The notes under the pieces were generated by a model that saw only the letters and a list, made by a program, of their open reading frames with translations, was not told the DNA's origin and made no database searches. From Vulcanimicrobiota bacterium (GTDB lineage: Bacteria > Vulcanimicrobiota > Vulcanimicrobiia > Vulcanimicrobiales > Vulcanimicrobiaceae): a stretch of 64,000 nt of DNA. The position numbers were made by a program, and so were the translations under genes. Within the stretch, counting starts at the first letter, position 1; each line of letters opens with the position of its first letter. The stretch covers positions 2,208,001-2,272,000 of the forward strand of contig CAVTCS010000003.1 in the NCBI GenBank assembly GCA_963733295.1, given 5' to 3'. Of this stretch, positions 1 through 10,372 are shown piece by piece.

Positions 1-439
1 CGCGAACCGCAAACTCGAGGTGACGATTCCGAAGGGCGTGCGCCCGGGCCAACGCATTCGCCTCACCGGCCAAGGTTCGAGCGGAACCGGCGGCGGCCCG
101 AACGGCGACCTCTATTTGATCGCGCAGTTCGACGGTGACGACAAGTACGAACGCAAGGGCGACGATCTCTACGTCGACTTACCGGTCAGCATTTACGAAC
201 TCGTCCTGGGCGGCGAGGTGCGCGTCCCGACTATGTCGGGCGACGTGACGATGACGATACCGCAGGGCACGCAGAGCAATAAGCTCCTGAGGCTCACGGG
301 AAAAGGCATGCCCAAGCCCCGCGGCGCGGGGAACGGCGACCAGTACGTCCGGCTCGTGGGCATGCTGCCTGCGAACCTCAGCGACCACGAACGCGATCTC
401 TTTCGCGAGCTCGCCGCCTTGCGCAACGGCAAGGTCTAA
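1..439 (+). CDS. DnaJ/CbpA-class co-chaperone, C-terminal part (5' truncated by window edge)
   Basis: DnaJ C-terminal motifs IPKGVRPGQRIRLTGQG, GDLYL, ELVLGGEVRVPT, LRLTGKGMP, GDQYV. Confidence 0.9.
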   Translation, partial: ANRKLEVTIPKGVRPGQRIRLTGQGSSGTGGGPNGDLYLIAQFDGDDKYERKGDDLYVDLPVSIYELVLGGEVRVPTMSGDVTMTIPQGTQSNKLLRLTGKGMPKPRGAGNGDQYVRLVGMLPANLSDHERDLFRELAALRNGKV

Positions 440-445
440 GGTCTT

Positions 446-2029
446 GTGAAGCGGCCGCGTTTCGCGGCGTCGTACCCGGCGAACGCGATCCTCGTCATTT
501 TGAGCATCTCGCCGGGACTGGCCAACGGCGCGGCGCTGAACTACGTCTTTCCCTCGATCGCGCGAGATTTCGGCGCGACGCAGCTCTCGCTGTCGTGGCT
601 GCCGACGCTCGGAGATGCGGCAATCGCCTTCGGCGGCATCGTCGCGGCGGAACTCGGCCGCCACGTCGAAGCGCGCCGGCTGTACCTTACGACGCTCGTC
701 GTCTCGCTCGGGTCGGCCGCGCTCGGGATGGCGGCCGGCAATGTCGAGCTGCTGATCTTCACGCAAATGCTGCACGGCCTCGTGACGGGCTTCATGCTCG
801 TCATCGCGCTGGGACCGCTGGTCGGCGGTTTCGGCGAAGCCAAGCTTCCGATCACGACCGGCATCGCGATCGCGGCGCTCTTCGGGGTCGCTTCGCTCGG
901 ACCGCTCGCCGGAGCGCTCGCCGAATCGGCTCCGCACGGATGGCGTTACATGTTCGCGATCGAATTGGCGCTCGGCCTGATCGCGTTTTGGCTGGCGCAC
1001 GAAACGCTCCTCGAGAAGCAGCCGGAGCGCCAGTCGGACTACGTCGACGCACCGGCGCTGACGCTGGCGATCGGCGCGACGATACTCAATTTCGCCGGCG
1101 TCGCATTCTTTGGGCGCTATCCCTGGAACGATCTTCACGTTTGGCTTCCGCTCGTGCTCGGCAACGCCGGGCTCGTCGCGCTGTTTGCGATCGAAGTGCG
1201 CTCGCCGAACCCGCTCTTACCGGTCAAGGAACTGGGCCGCGCGTATCCGTTGATCGGAGCGTTCGCTTGCGTCTTCGCGAGCGCGGCCTATGCGGCGGCG
1301 ACACGCGGCATCGGCTTTTTCCTCACCTTCGTCCAAGGGCTCGATCTGCTGACCGTCGCGCGCATGCTCAGCCTCGCCGTTGCCGGCGCGCTGATCGCAG
1401 CGCCGCTCTACGCCCGGGTCGTCGCGACGCGCTGGGGCAGTCCGATGGCGCTCGTCGGTCTCGCTTTCCTCGCGATCGGCTCGGCGCTCGCCGCATCGTT
1501 CCCGGCGCACGCCGGCACGGGATTGGTCGCGCTCGCCGTGCTGCTCTTCTCGCTCGGCGGCGGCCTTACGATTACGCCCGGGATTTTGACGATGGCGCTG
1601 GGGGTTCGCGCGCGCTACGTCGGCCGGGCGATCGCACTGCTCGCGCTTTTGCGCATGAACGCGGCCTATCTGACGGGTCCCGCCATGAGCATCTTCGCCG
1701 CGTCGCGCAGTGCGGCCGACATCCACGAACCGGGAGTCGCGGCAGCCTCGGTGAGCGCTTCGCTGCGCGAATACATCGCCGGCGGCGCAACGCTGCACCA
1801 GCTCGATCCGGGACTCCAGCGGCAGGTGATCGGCGCCTTGCTTCACGGAATCCACGACGGTTTCGCCGTGCTCGCGGCCGCGACGCTGTGCGCGATCGCC
1901 ATCGTGCTCCTCATCTTCTGGCGTAGCGGCGTCCATCTCGTCGACCCGCGCATCGCCTGCATGTTCTCGGACGGCGTGCCGCTCGAATCGCCCTCCGTCT
2001 TCACGGCGCGACCCGGAGCCGCGAGTTGA
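446..2029 (+). CDS. MFS transporter (DHA2/EmrB-like)
   Basis: 527 aa with many hydrophobic segments; N-terminal FPSIARDFGA and GWRYMF motif typical of DHA2 exporters. Confidence 0.8.
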   Translation: MKRPRFAASYPANAILVILSISPGLANGAALNYVFPSIARDFGATQLSLSWLPTLGDAAIAFGGIVAAELGRHVEARRLYLTTLVVSLGSAALGMAAGNVELLIFTQMLHGLVTGFMLVIALGPLVGGFGEAKLPITTGIAIAALFGVASLGPLAGALAESAPHGWRYMFAIELALGLIAFWLAHETLLEKQPERQSDYVDAPALTLAIGATILNFAGVAFFGRYPWNDLHVWLPLVLGNAGLVALFAIEVRSPNPLLPVKELGRAYPLIGAFACVFASAAYAAATRGIGFFLTFVQGLDLLTVARMLSLAVAGALIAAPLYARVVATRWGSPMALVGLAFLAIGSALAASFPAHAGTGLVALAVLLFSLGGGLTITPGILTMALGVRARYVGRAIALLALLRMNAAYLTGPAMSIFAASRSAADIHEPGVAAASVSASLREYIAGGATLHQLDPGLQRQVIGALLHGIHDGFAVLAAATLCAIAIVLLIFWRSGVHLVDPRIACMFSDGVPLESPSVFTARPGAAS

Positions 2030-2078
2030 GCGCGAGCTCCAGGAAACCGCCCGCTCCCGCCGGAGGTCTCACGGAGAG

Positions 2079-3932
2079 ATGTTAGGCGGATCTCCAGTCC
2101 ATTTGATGTGGTCGAACATGTACGGCCCCGAGAAGCCGCGCCCGAAACGTGCGGTCGATTGGCGGCGCGTCGGCGCTTTCTTTCTTCCATATTGGAAGGA
2201 AGAGGCGGCGGTGTTCGTCTGCATTCTGTTCGGCTCGGCGCTGGGCATCGCGCCCGCCCTGTTCACGCGGGACCTGATCGACCGCTCCCTGGCGCAGCAC
2301 GACATTCACGGGCTCTGGCTCGACGTCGGCGGCATGGTCGTCTCGGCGCTCGTGGCCGGCGCGATCGGGGTCTACCAGGGCTACCTGAACTCGGTCGTCG
2401 GCGAAGGGATCATGCGGGACATCCGCACCAAGCTCGTCGGGCATCTGCATAGCATGCCCATCGCCTTCTTCACCGGCACGAAGACCGGCGAAATCATGAA
2501 CCGCGTTTCGAACGACGTCGACAACATCGACGGCGTCGTTACCGGAACGCTGGTCTCGGTGGTCACGAACTTCGCGACGATCGCGACGACGGTCGTCACC
2601 ATGCTCGTCCTCGACTGGCGGCTCTCGCTGATCGCGCTCGCGGTCGTGCCCCTGATGATCGCGCCGCTGGGCTTCGTCGGACGGCGCATGTATGCCGTGC
2701 GCAAACGGACGCGCGAAAAACGCGATCAGATCGAGAGCCTCACCCAAGAGACGCTTTCGCTCTCCGGCATAACCCTGATCAAATCGTTCGTCCGCGAGAA
2801 GTACGAAGCGAAACGCTTCTTCGACGTCAGCACCGCCTTGATGAAGCTCGAGGTGCAGCTGGCGATGGTCGGGCGCTGGTTCATCGGCGCGATCGCCGCG
2901 ATGGTCACGATCGGACCGGCGATCGTTTGGCTCAGCGGCGGCTATTTTGCGATCTATGCGGGCTTGACGGTCGGCACGATCGTTGCCTTCGTCGCGCTGC
3001 TGGGACGCTTGTACGGTCCGGCCTCGACGCTCGCGGGAACGCAGGTTCAGATCGTCAGCGCGCTAGCCGTGTTCGAGCGCATCTTCGAGTACCTCGACAT
3101 GAAGCCCGAAGGCGAGACGACCTTGCAGCCGCCGCAGGTGCTCAAGGAAGTACGCGGCGACCTGCGCTTCGAGGACGTGCACTTTTCGTACACGCCGGAG
3201 CGAGTCGTCCTCGACGGCGTCACCTTCCACATCGAACCGGGACAAGTTGCGGCGTTCGTGGGCCACTCGGGGGGCGGGAAGACCACGATCACGCAACTCG
3301 TGCCGCGCTTCTACGACCCGCAGTCGGGCAGCGTGCTGATCGACGATCGCGACATTCGCGAATTCGACGTGCAATCGCTGCGCAGTCACATCGGCATCGT
3401 GACGCAGGAGACCTATCTCTTTCACGATACGATCGCGGCTAATCTTCACTACGGCTTGGTAGGCGCGACCCAGACTCAACTCGAAGCCGCGGCGCGCGCG
3501 GCGAACATCCACGACTTCATCGCGAGCCTGCCCGAAGGATACCAAACCGTGGTGGGCGAGCGGGGCCACAAGCTTTCGGGCGGCGAGCGCCAGCGTTTGG
3601 CGATCGCCCGCGTGCTGCTCAAGGATCCCCGAATCTTAATCCTCGATGAAGCCACGAGTTCTCTCGACTCTGAGAACGAAGCTCTCATCCAAGCGGCCTT
3701 CGTCCCGCTCATGGCCGGCCGCACGAGCCTCGTCATCGCCCACCGGCTCTCGACCATTCTCTCCGCCGACGTCATCTTCGTCGTCGAACGCGGCCGCATC
3801 GTCGAGAGCGGCACGCACGCCGGCCTGCTCGCGCGAGGCGAGGCCTACGCGCGGCTCTACCTCACTCAATTCCGGAGCGCGGGCGACGATCACACAATTG
3901 TAGACCAAAGGGAAACCACGACCGCTTCGTAA
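2079..3932 (+). CDS. ABC transporter, fused permease + ATPase (MsbA-like exporter)
   Basis: N-terminal TM domain; Walker A GHSGGGKT, signature LSGGERQ, Walker B ILILDEAT, H-loop IAHRLST. Confidence 0.95.
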   Translation: MLGGSPVHLMWSNMYGPEKPRPKRAVDWRRVGAFFLPYWKEEAAVFVCILFGSALGIAPALFTRDLIDRSLAQHDIHGLWLDVGGMVVSALVAGAIGVYQGYLNSVVGEGIMRDIRTKLVGHLHSMPIAFFTGTKTGEIMNRVSNDVDNIDGVVTGTLVSVVTNFATIATTVVTMLVLDWRLSLIALAVVPLMIAPLGFVGRRMYAVRKRTREKRDQIESLTQETLSLSGITLIKSFVREKYEAKRFFDVSTALMKLEVQLAMVGRWFIGAIAAMVTIGPAIVWLSGGYFAIYAGLTVGTIVAFVALLGRLYGPASTLAGTQVQIVSALAVFERIFEYLDMKPEGETTLQPPQVLKEVRGDLRFEDVHFSYTPERVVLDGVTFHIEPGQVAAFVGHSGGGKTTITQLVPRFYDPQSGSVLIDDRDIREFDVQSLRSHIGIVTQETYLFHDTIAANLHYGLVGATQTQLEAAARAANIHDFIASLPEGYQTVVGERGHKLSGGERQRLAIARVLLKDPRILILDEATSSLDSENEALIQAAFVPLMAGRTSLVIAHRLSTILSADVIFVVERGRIVESGTHAGLLARGEAYARLYLTQFRSAGDDHTIVDQRETTTAS

Positions 3933-3956
3933 GGTCACGTCAGGGAGATCACACGG

Positions 3957-6900
3957 GTGCCCACCTCCGTCCCCGTAACGCTGACGAAAATCCTCACGCC
4001 CCGGCCCTCACCGGCTGTGGCCCGGCCGCGCCTCGAGAATCACGCGCGGGCCCTGTGCGACTATGCGCTGACGACCCTCACCGGAGGCGCCGGTTTCGGG
4101 AAGACCACGCTCCTGCGCGTGTGGGCCGAGCGCTGCGAGGTCGACGCCGCCTGGATCACGCTCGACGAAGCGGACTGTGAGGTACGTTCCTTCGCGGCGT
4201 ATTTGGACGCGGCGTTCCGCCAGGCGATCCCAGAATTCGGTCGCTCGGTACTCGAGCTTCTCGAAGCGGGCCGCACCGAACCCGACGCCTTTGCGCGCGC
4301 CCTGGCCAACGAACTGCTGACCGTCACCGAGGAACGCGAACGCGACGTCGTGCTCTTCCTCGACGACTTTCACACCGTTCTCGCCCACACGGGCGTTCGG
4401 GAAGCGGTCGCCGGGTTGTTACGCGCCTTGCCGCCGCGCGCGCACCTCGCGATCGCGAGCCGCTTTCCGCTCGCATTCTCGCCGATCGTGAAGTTGCGCG
4501 CCGCCGAGCGCGCCGTCGACTTCACGCAAAACGATCTGCGCTTCACGCCGGAGGAAGCCGCGCAGTTGCTCGCCAGCGACGTCAGCGAACGCACGCCGCT
4601 GCAGCGCGACGTCCTCGAGGCGCTGGTGCGACGGGCCGACGGCTGGGCGATGGCTCTGCGCTTGTCGCTTCAAGTCGCCGCGGGATTACTCGGCGATGCG
4701 CCGGCCGTCAGCGATTCGGAACATTCGCTCTTCGCCTACCTCGCGGACGAAGTTTTGCGCGCGCAGCCGGCCGAGATCCGCGACCTCCTGCTCGGCTGTG
4801 CGGTTCCCAAAATGCTCGACGCGCGCACGCTCGAGCGAGTCGTCGGCGTCGAGGACGGAGCCGCCGCCCTCGAACTGCTGCTGGCGCGTAATCTCTACCT
4901 CGAACCGATGGGCGCGCGTGCCTACCGCTTCCACTACCTCTTCCGCGAGTTCCTGATCGCGACGCTGCGCACCGAGCAGCCCGAGCGTTTGCGGGTGCTC
5001 AAACTGCGCTGTGCCCGCATGCTCGAAGAGGACGGCGACCTCACCGGCGCCGTGACGCAGTACATGGAGGCCGGCGATTTCGCTTCAGCGGCGGATCACG
5101 TCGGAGATGCCCTGATCGCGCTGAAATACGGCGACAACGTCGACCGCATCGCGACGATCCTTTCGGATCTTCCCGACGCGCTCAAACGCGAGCGGCCCTT
5201 TCTGCTCCAACTAGAAGCGACGGTGCGCCGGCGCCGGCGCGACTTCTCGGGCGCGGCCGAGGTGTACGAGCGGGCCGCGCGCTACGCGCTCGAGCTGCAA
5301 GACTTCGCGACGGCTTGTGCGTGCACGATCGAGCGGGGCATGCTCGCCGGCGATCTGCGCGCCGGCGGTCACGGACGCTTCGAGAAGAGCATCGGCCTCT
5401 TCGCGGAGGCGCTGCGCTACGCCGAGCGTTGCGGCGGCAAGCGCGATACGTACGTCAAGTCCGCTTCGGTCGCAATGGGCTTGGCGCTCGCCGCGCAATT
5501 CGACTACGAGGCGGCGAAACCGTATCTGGGGACGGCGGAGAATCTCCAGCGCGCCGCCGCCAGCCAACGTTCCGACGTGATGACCACGATCGCAACCATC
5601 GACGGCTGGCAGGGCGAATGGCACCGCGTACTCGAGCATGCCGAACTCGCCGAGGACCTCCTGCGCTCGAGCGGCGGAGCCGACTATTTGATCGGACGCG
5701 CGCTGAAAGCGCAAGCCAAGGCGCATTGTTTCCTCTGCGGCGATCCGGAGCGCGCCCTAACTCTGGCCGAGGCCGCCGTCGAATGGGAACGCTCGTACAA
5801 CGAGCTCGACGATTTGCCCGACGCGTACGTCGTCCTGGCGCGTGCGAGCCTTGGGATGCCGGTTCCGCGCGTCGACCGGGCGCACGAAGCTCTCAACGAG
5901 GCCACTCGCATCCTGCAACGTTGGCCTAACAATACGACTCGCTTCGAGATTCATGCCGCACGCTTCGAGATCTACATTCTCACGAACGGCCTCTCCGACG
6001 CTCGCCGCGAGCTGGCGGCGGCGCGCACCTTCGCGCAGACCAACGGCGACCCTCACGAACAAGCGCTCGTCGTTTTCTACGAGGGCCTCTTTCACTCGGT
6101 TTCCGGCGAGTTGACCGAAGCGGCGGCGCGATTCGACGAAGCGTTCGCGCAATTGGAACCCCTCCACGACAATTTCTTCGCGCAACTGGCCGAGATCGCG
6201 GCCTGCGGCGCACGTGCGCGGATCGGCGCGCTCGAACCCGACGAGCTGCGCGCGATGCTCGAACGTCTCGAGCGCGCGAGCTCGCAAGTCGCGTTGCGCT
6301 CCGCGCCGCGTTCGACCGCGATCGTTCTCGCTTGGGCGCTGCGCCATGGCGTCGAACCCGAAGCTGCGACCGCCCTCCTCGGCGAGGCCGCGCGACGCGC
6401 CGGCGACGAGGATCTGGTAGCGCTCGCGCTCGACGAGGATGCGCCGAACGAAGCGCGCGTCCGCGCCATCTCGGCGATCGCGCGCGAAGGCCGGCTCGAG
6501 CGCCGTCCGACGCTGGTTCGCCTCGCCCGCAACAAACGATCGGCGGTCGCGGCCGCGGCGGCAACCGCACTCGAAGTTTTTCCGCGGGCCGATGCAGCGC
6601 CACTCTCGATTTATCTGGTGGGACCCCTCAGAGTCGTCGTCGGTGAAGAGACGCTCGACGAACGCGACGCGCGCTGGTCCCGCCGCAAGGCCGTCGAGAT
6701 GTTGCGCGCGCTGGCGCTTGCGGACGGGCCGCTCTCAAAGGCTACGCTTCTTTCCAACCTTTGGCCCGAGAGCAGCGGAGCCGCAGCCGAAACGAGTTTG
6801 CGAGTGACCTTGCATGCGCTGCGCCGCGCGCTCGAGCCGGCCGTCGAAGGTTCGGGTCACTACGTGGTCTACGACGGCACGACGCTCGCCTTGCGCAAGG

Positions 6901-7565
6901 AGCTCGTGACCTTCGTCGATGCGCTCGAAGCTCAGGCTGCTTTCCGGCGCGCGGTTTTCGCGCGAGCGCGTGAAGCCACCGGCGAAGCCGAAGTCCTGCT
7001 GGCCCGGACAATCGACCTGCTAGCCGCCGTGCCCGCCGAGGATGGGGTGCCGGCTTGGCTCGCGCCGCACGTGCGCGCGTGGCGAACCACGCTGGCCGCT
7101 TCGCTTCGCGCCAGCGCGCAACTCAAACTGAAGGCGGGAGCCGCTCCCGCCGCACGCGCGCTCGCCGAGCGCGCGCACCTCGTCGATCCGCTCGATGAAG
7201 AGACGGTGACCTTGACGCTCGACATCGCACTCGCCGCGGGCGATCTGGAACGAGCCAAGAGCGCGTTCCTAGCGTACAAGGCGCGGCTCGCGAGCGAACT
7301 GTCGACGACGCCCGGCTCGGAGGTCCTGGCGCGGTACGGCGACGTCCTCAAAGCGCGGGCCGAAAACCGCACGATCGGGCTTACCGGCCGGGAACTCGAG
7401 ATTTTGAGTTTGATCGGGCGCGGCCGCAGCAACAAGCAGATTGCCGCGGAGTTGAAGCTAAGCACCTGGACCGTTAACGGACACGTCGCCCGCATTTTAC
7501 GGAAGATGCGCGTCGAGTCACGCGCAGCCGCCGTCGCTGCGGCAGGCGGACTCCTCGAGACGTGA
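3957..7565 (+). CDS. Large MalT-like STAND transcriptional regulator with TPR region, SARP-type wHTH/BTAD and C-terminal LuxR HTH
   Basis: GGAGFGKTT P-loop, FLDDFH, DLRFTPEEA, YRFHYLFREFL (MalT family); LSIYLVGPLRV...LWPE...SLRVTLHALRRAL and DPLDE (wHTH/BTAD); LTGRELEILSLIGRGRSNKQIA (LuxR). Confidence 0.88.
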   Translation: MPTSVPVTLTKILTPRPSPAVARPRLENHARALCDYALTTLTGGAGFGKTTLLRVWAERCEVDAAWITLDEADCEVRSFAAYLDAAFRQAIPEFGRSVLELLEAGRTEPDAFARALANELLTVTEERERDVVLFLDDFHTVLAHTGVREAVAGLLRALPPRAHLAIASRFPLAFSPIVKLRAAERAVDFTQNDLRFTPEEAAQLLASDVSERTPLQRDVLEALVRRADGWAMALRLSLQVAAGLLGDAPAVSDSEHSLFAYLADEVLRAQPAEIRDLLLGCAVPKMLDARTLERVVGVEDGAAALELLLARNLYLEPMGARAYRFHYLFREFLIATLRTEQPERLRVLKLRCARMLEEDGDLTGAVTQYMEAGDFASAADHVGDALIALKYGDNVDRIATILSDLPDALKRERPFLLQLEATVRRRRRDFSGAAEVYERAARYALELQDFATACACTIERGMLAGDLRAGGHGRFEKSIGLFAEALRYAERCGGKRDTYVKSASVAMGLALAAQFDYEAAKPYLGTAENLQRAAASQRSDVMTTIATIDGWQGEWHRVLEHAELAEDLLRSSGGADYLIGRALKAQAKAHCFLCGDPERALTLAEAAVEWERSYNELDDLPDAYVVLARASLGMPVPRVDRAHEALNEATRILQRWPNNTTRFEIHAARFEIYILTNGLSDARRELAAARTFAQTNGDPHEQALVVFYEGLFHSVSGELTEAAARFDEAFAQLEPLHDNFFAQLAEIAACGARARIGALEPDELRAMLERLERASSQVALRSAPRSTAIVLAWALRHGVEPEAATALLGEAARRAGDEDLVALALDEDAPNEARVRAISAIAREGRLERRPTLVRLARNKRSAVAAAAATALEVFPRADAAPLSIYLVGPLRVVVGEETLDERDARWSRRKAVEMLRALALADGPLSKATLLSNLWPESSGAAAETSLRVTLHALRRALEPAVEGSGHYVVYDGTTLALRKELVTFVDALEAQAAFRRAVFARAREATGEAEVLLARTIDLLAAVPAEDGVPAWLAPHVRAWRTTLAASLRASAQLKLKAGAAPAARALAERAHLVDPLDEETVTLTLDIALAAGDLERAKSAFLAYKARLASELSTTPGSEVLARYGDVLKARAENRTIGLTGRELEILSLIGRGRSNKQIAAELKLSTWTVNGHVARILRKMRVESRAAAVAAAGGLLET

Positions 7566-7582
7566 GAAGCCAAGCAACCCCT

Positions 7583-8077
7583 ATGAAGCGCGCTTACGGA
7601 CTCGTCGCTTTGGTCTTTTTCGCGTCGGCGCTCGGCGGCTGCGGCGGTTCGGCGGCGCCCGCCTCTCCCGTCGTACCCGGCGCTCAACCCGCCGCGCAAA
7701 GTGTGCCCGGCGCTCAGCCCGCCGCTCAAGCCGCGTCCCAGGGCTTCGGCAATGTCGCCGACCCGGAGAATGCATACCCGCACATCTTGATTTCGGCCGT
7801 ACCGCCCGGTCGACTGGAGGGCGTCAAGGACGGCCAGTCGATCACGCTCGTCACCACCGCGAAGCTGCGCGGTCGCGCGCTTTCGCTCGAAGGGGCACAG
7901 ATCCACTGGTCGGGTCCGGAACACGGGACGCTCGTGCCGTCCGAAGACGGCCAAACCGCCGTCTATACCGCGCCCTTGACGGGTTCGGGTCACGACGTCG
8001 TGATGGTCAGGGTGCACCTTGACAATCAGTGGGAAGAGTACTCGGCGCATGCCACAATCCAATACAAGCGCAATTAA
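7583..8077 (+). CDS. Hypothetical lipoprotein
   Basis: Signal peptide MKRAYGLVALVFFASALGG-C (lipobox-like LGGC), Pro/Ala/Gln linker, beta-rich C-terminal part. Confidence 0.7.
   Translation: MKRAYGLVALVFFASALGGCGGSAAPASPVVPGAQPAAQSVPGAQPAAQAASQGFGNVADPENAYPHILISAVPPGRLEGVKDGQSITLVTTAKLRGRALSLEGAQIHWSGPEHGTLVPSEDGQTAVYTAPLTGSGHDVVMVRVHLDNQWEEYSAHATIQYKRN
7673..7732 (+). repeat. Imperfect 30-bp tandem duplication (VPGAQPAAQS/VPGAQPAAQA)
   Basis: gtacccggcgctcaacccgccgcgcaaagt followed by gtgcccggcgctcagcccgccgctcaagcc. Confidence 0.85.
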
Positions 8078-8086
8078 GGCTCCGGC

Positions 8087-8800
8087 CTGACTGCAGGGCT
8101 TCGCGTCGAGGGGCTCGTGCGGCGTTTCGGCAAGACCGTCGCCGTTCGCGGGCTGAGTTTCGGACTCGGGCCCGGCGAGATTCTCGGTCTTCTCGGCCCG
8201 AACGGAGCGGGTAAGACCACGACCTTCATGTGTTTGTGCGGGCTGCTCCGGCCCGACGCGGGCACGATCGAATTCGACGGGGAGCGCCTCAGCTCGAACC
8301 GCGGCCGCACGATCTCGCTCATCCCCGAAACGCCCGACGTCTATTTGATGCTGACGGTTTGGGAGCATTTGGCATTCGTGGCGCGCAGCGTGAATCTCAC
8401 GCACGGATGGGAGCGGCGCGCCGACGAATTGCTCGAGCGCCTCGACCTCGCGGAGCAGCGCGACAAGTTGGGACAAGCGCTTTCGAAGGGCATGCGCCAG
8501 AAAACCTTGATCGCCGCTACGATTCTGGCGGGCGCGCCGGTGCTGCTGCTCGACGAGCCGATGATCGGACTCGACCCCAAAGGTCAACGCGAATTACGCG
8601 ACTTGATCTTTTCGCTGCGGGACGACGGCACGTCCATCGTGATGAGCACGCATATGATCGAATCGGCCGAGACGATCTGCGACCGGCTCGTCATCATGAA
8701 AGCCGGTGCCGCGATCGCGAGCGGCGCCGTTCGCGAGTTGCGCGAGCGCGCACCGACCGGACGTTCGCTCGAAGACGTTTTTCTCGAGATCACGGCCTAG
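8087..8800 (+). CDS. ABC transporter ATP-binding protein (probable CTG start at 8087; ORF track starts 8117)
   Basis: GPNGAGKTT, LSKGMRQK, LLLDEP, STH; in-frame LTAGLRVEGL upstream of 8117 supplies the usual first beta strand. Confidence 0.9.
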   Translation: MTAGLRVEGLVRRFGKTVAVRGLSFGLGPGEILGLLGPNGAGKTTTFMCLCGLLRPDAGTIEFDGERLSSNRGRTISLIPETPDVYLMLTVWEHLAFVARSVNLTHGWERRADELLERLDLAEQRDKLGQALSKGMRQKTLIAATILAGAPVLLLDEPMIGLDPKGQRELRDLIFSLRDDGTSIVMSTHMIESAETICDRLVIMKAGAAIASGAVRELRERAPTGRSLEDVFLEITA

Positions 8801-8810
8801 TGGGCCGCTA

Positions 8811-10358
8811 GTGCGCGCGCTTCTCTATCTCGACGCGCACTACGTCTTCAATCAGCTGCAGCGGATCGTACGCTCGCCGGGACGTCTCGCGCTTTGGCTC
8901 CCCTACGTCCTCGTGCTTGCGACGCTGACGTTCAGCCGCATCGCGACGTCGCGCGCGCATACGCCGGGTTTTTCCTCCGCCGGTTCGCATCCGCTGGGCA
9001 CGACGGCTGCCGGCGCCTTCCTCTGCGTGCTCGGCGTGACGATCGGCGTCGCCGCGGCGGGTCGCGCCGGCGCCTTTCGCTCGACCGCCGAAGCGCTGCT
9101 CTGCGTCAACGCGGGCGTTCCGCCGCTAAGTCTCGCCGTCTGGCTTCAGATCCGCAAACTCTTCGCCACCGGCGCGCGCTGGCTGGGCTCGATTCTTTTC
9201 AGCTTCCTTTTTATCGTGCCGCGCGACGCGAGCGCGCAGGAACTGGCGCGCGGTTTCGCCGCCGCGCTCGCGATCGCCGCTGCGATCATGACCGCCGAGC
9301 TTCCCGCCTTCCTGCTTTCGCGCAAACGCTGGGGCGGCTTCGTCGCGCCGCTCGGCTGGGCGCTGGCGCTGGCCGGCGGCGCGTTCGCCGCGATAGGCTT
9401 CGCCGGAAGCGTGGGTGAGGACCGCTTCGCGCCCGCGGCTCTCGAGTTCTTGCGCGTCAATCCCGGAAGTCTGATTGGAACGATCGTATCGAGCTGGACG
9501 TGGCCGCTGCTGCTCTGGTGCGTTCCCCTCGTTTTGATCGCTTCGATCGTGCTGTTGGCGCGCGACGCGGTGCCCGAACTCTACGCGGCGACGGTGCAGT
9601 CGTACGAGTGGCGCAACCGGCGGCGCGAGCGAATCCGCAACGAAGCTGCATCGGAGCGGGCCGAGCGCATTCCGCCCGGCGCGTTGACGATCGTCTGGAA
9701 AGAGTGGATCGGCTTCCGGCGAAGCCGCGGCGCCACGTGGCGCTGGCTGCTCGTCCTTCTGTTCTGGCTCGGACTCGGCTCCGCCGCCGCCTGGGCCGAC
9801 GCGAGCGGAAATCGCGGGCTCGTGTTGCCGTTCGTCGGCTTCGCGATGACGATGGTCGTGCTGGTGCCGTTGGCCGCGTCGGTGAGTCTCTTAGAAGACT
9901 TGGCCAAGCCGATCTGGTGGGTTTCGCGGGCTTCGCTTCGCTCGCGCATCGTCGCGTGGACTTTCTCGAAGGCCTGGCGCAACGGGGTCGCCTTTGGCGG
10001 CTTCCTGCTAGTAATCGCCGTCGCACGCGGCGACACTGCCGGCGCGTTGCTCGCGATTCCCCTCGGGATCGGGCTTTGGTCGAGCTTGAACGCGCTCGGC
10101 GTCGCGCTCTATGCGGCGTATCCGAGCCGCGTCGACGCGCGCGGCCCGATCTTTTTCGTACGCGCCCTCGCAACCGGAGTTTTTCTCTTGCCGCCCGCCA
10201 TGCTCTTCGCATTCGTCAGCATGCTGACGACGAACCCGCTGCTCGCGGCGACGCTGGCCGGCATCGTCGTCGTCATCGAAGGGCTGCTCGCAATCGAGTT
10301 TGCCGCCTCGCGTTTCAACGAGAACGGCGCCGGCATTTCGATGCTCGAGCGCGCCTAA
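8811..10358 (+). CDS. Putative ABC exporter permease
   Basis: Multi-TM protein directly downstream of ABC ATPase, with internal TIVWKEW motif typical of ABC-2-like permeases. Confidence 0.75.
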   Translation: MRALLYLDAHYVFNQLQRIVRSPGRLALWLPYVLVLATLTFSRIATSRAHTPGFSSAGSHPLGTTAAGAFLCVLGVTIGVAAAGRAGAFRSTAEALLCVNAGVPPLSLAVWLQIRKLFATGARWLGSILFSFLFIVPRDASAQELARGFAAALAIAAAIMTAELPAFLLSRKRWGGFVAPLGWALALAGGAFAAIGFAGSVGEDRFAPAALEFLRVNPGSLIGTIVSSWTWPLLLWCVPLVLIASIVLLARDAVPELYAATVQSYEWRNRRRERIRNEAASERAERIPPGALTIVWKEWIGFRRSRGATWRWLLVLLFWLGLGSAAAWADASGNRGLVLPFVGFAMTMVVLVPLAASVSLLEDLAKPIWWVSRASLRSRIVAWTFSKAWRNGVAFGGFLLVIAVARGDTAGALLAIPLGIGLWSSLNALGVALYAAYPSRVDARGPIFFVRALATGVFLLPPAMLFAFVSMLTTNPLLAATLAGIVVVIEGLLAIEFAASRFNENGAGISMLERA

Positions 10359-10372
10359 TGACACTACTGACG

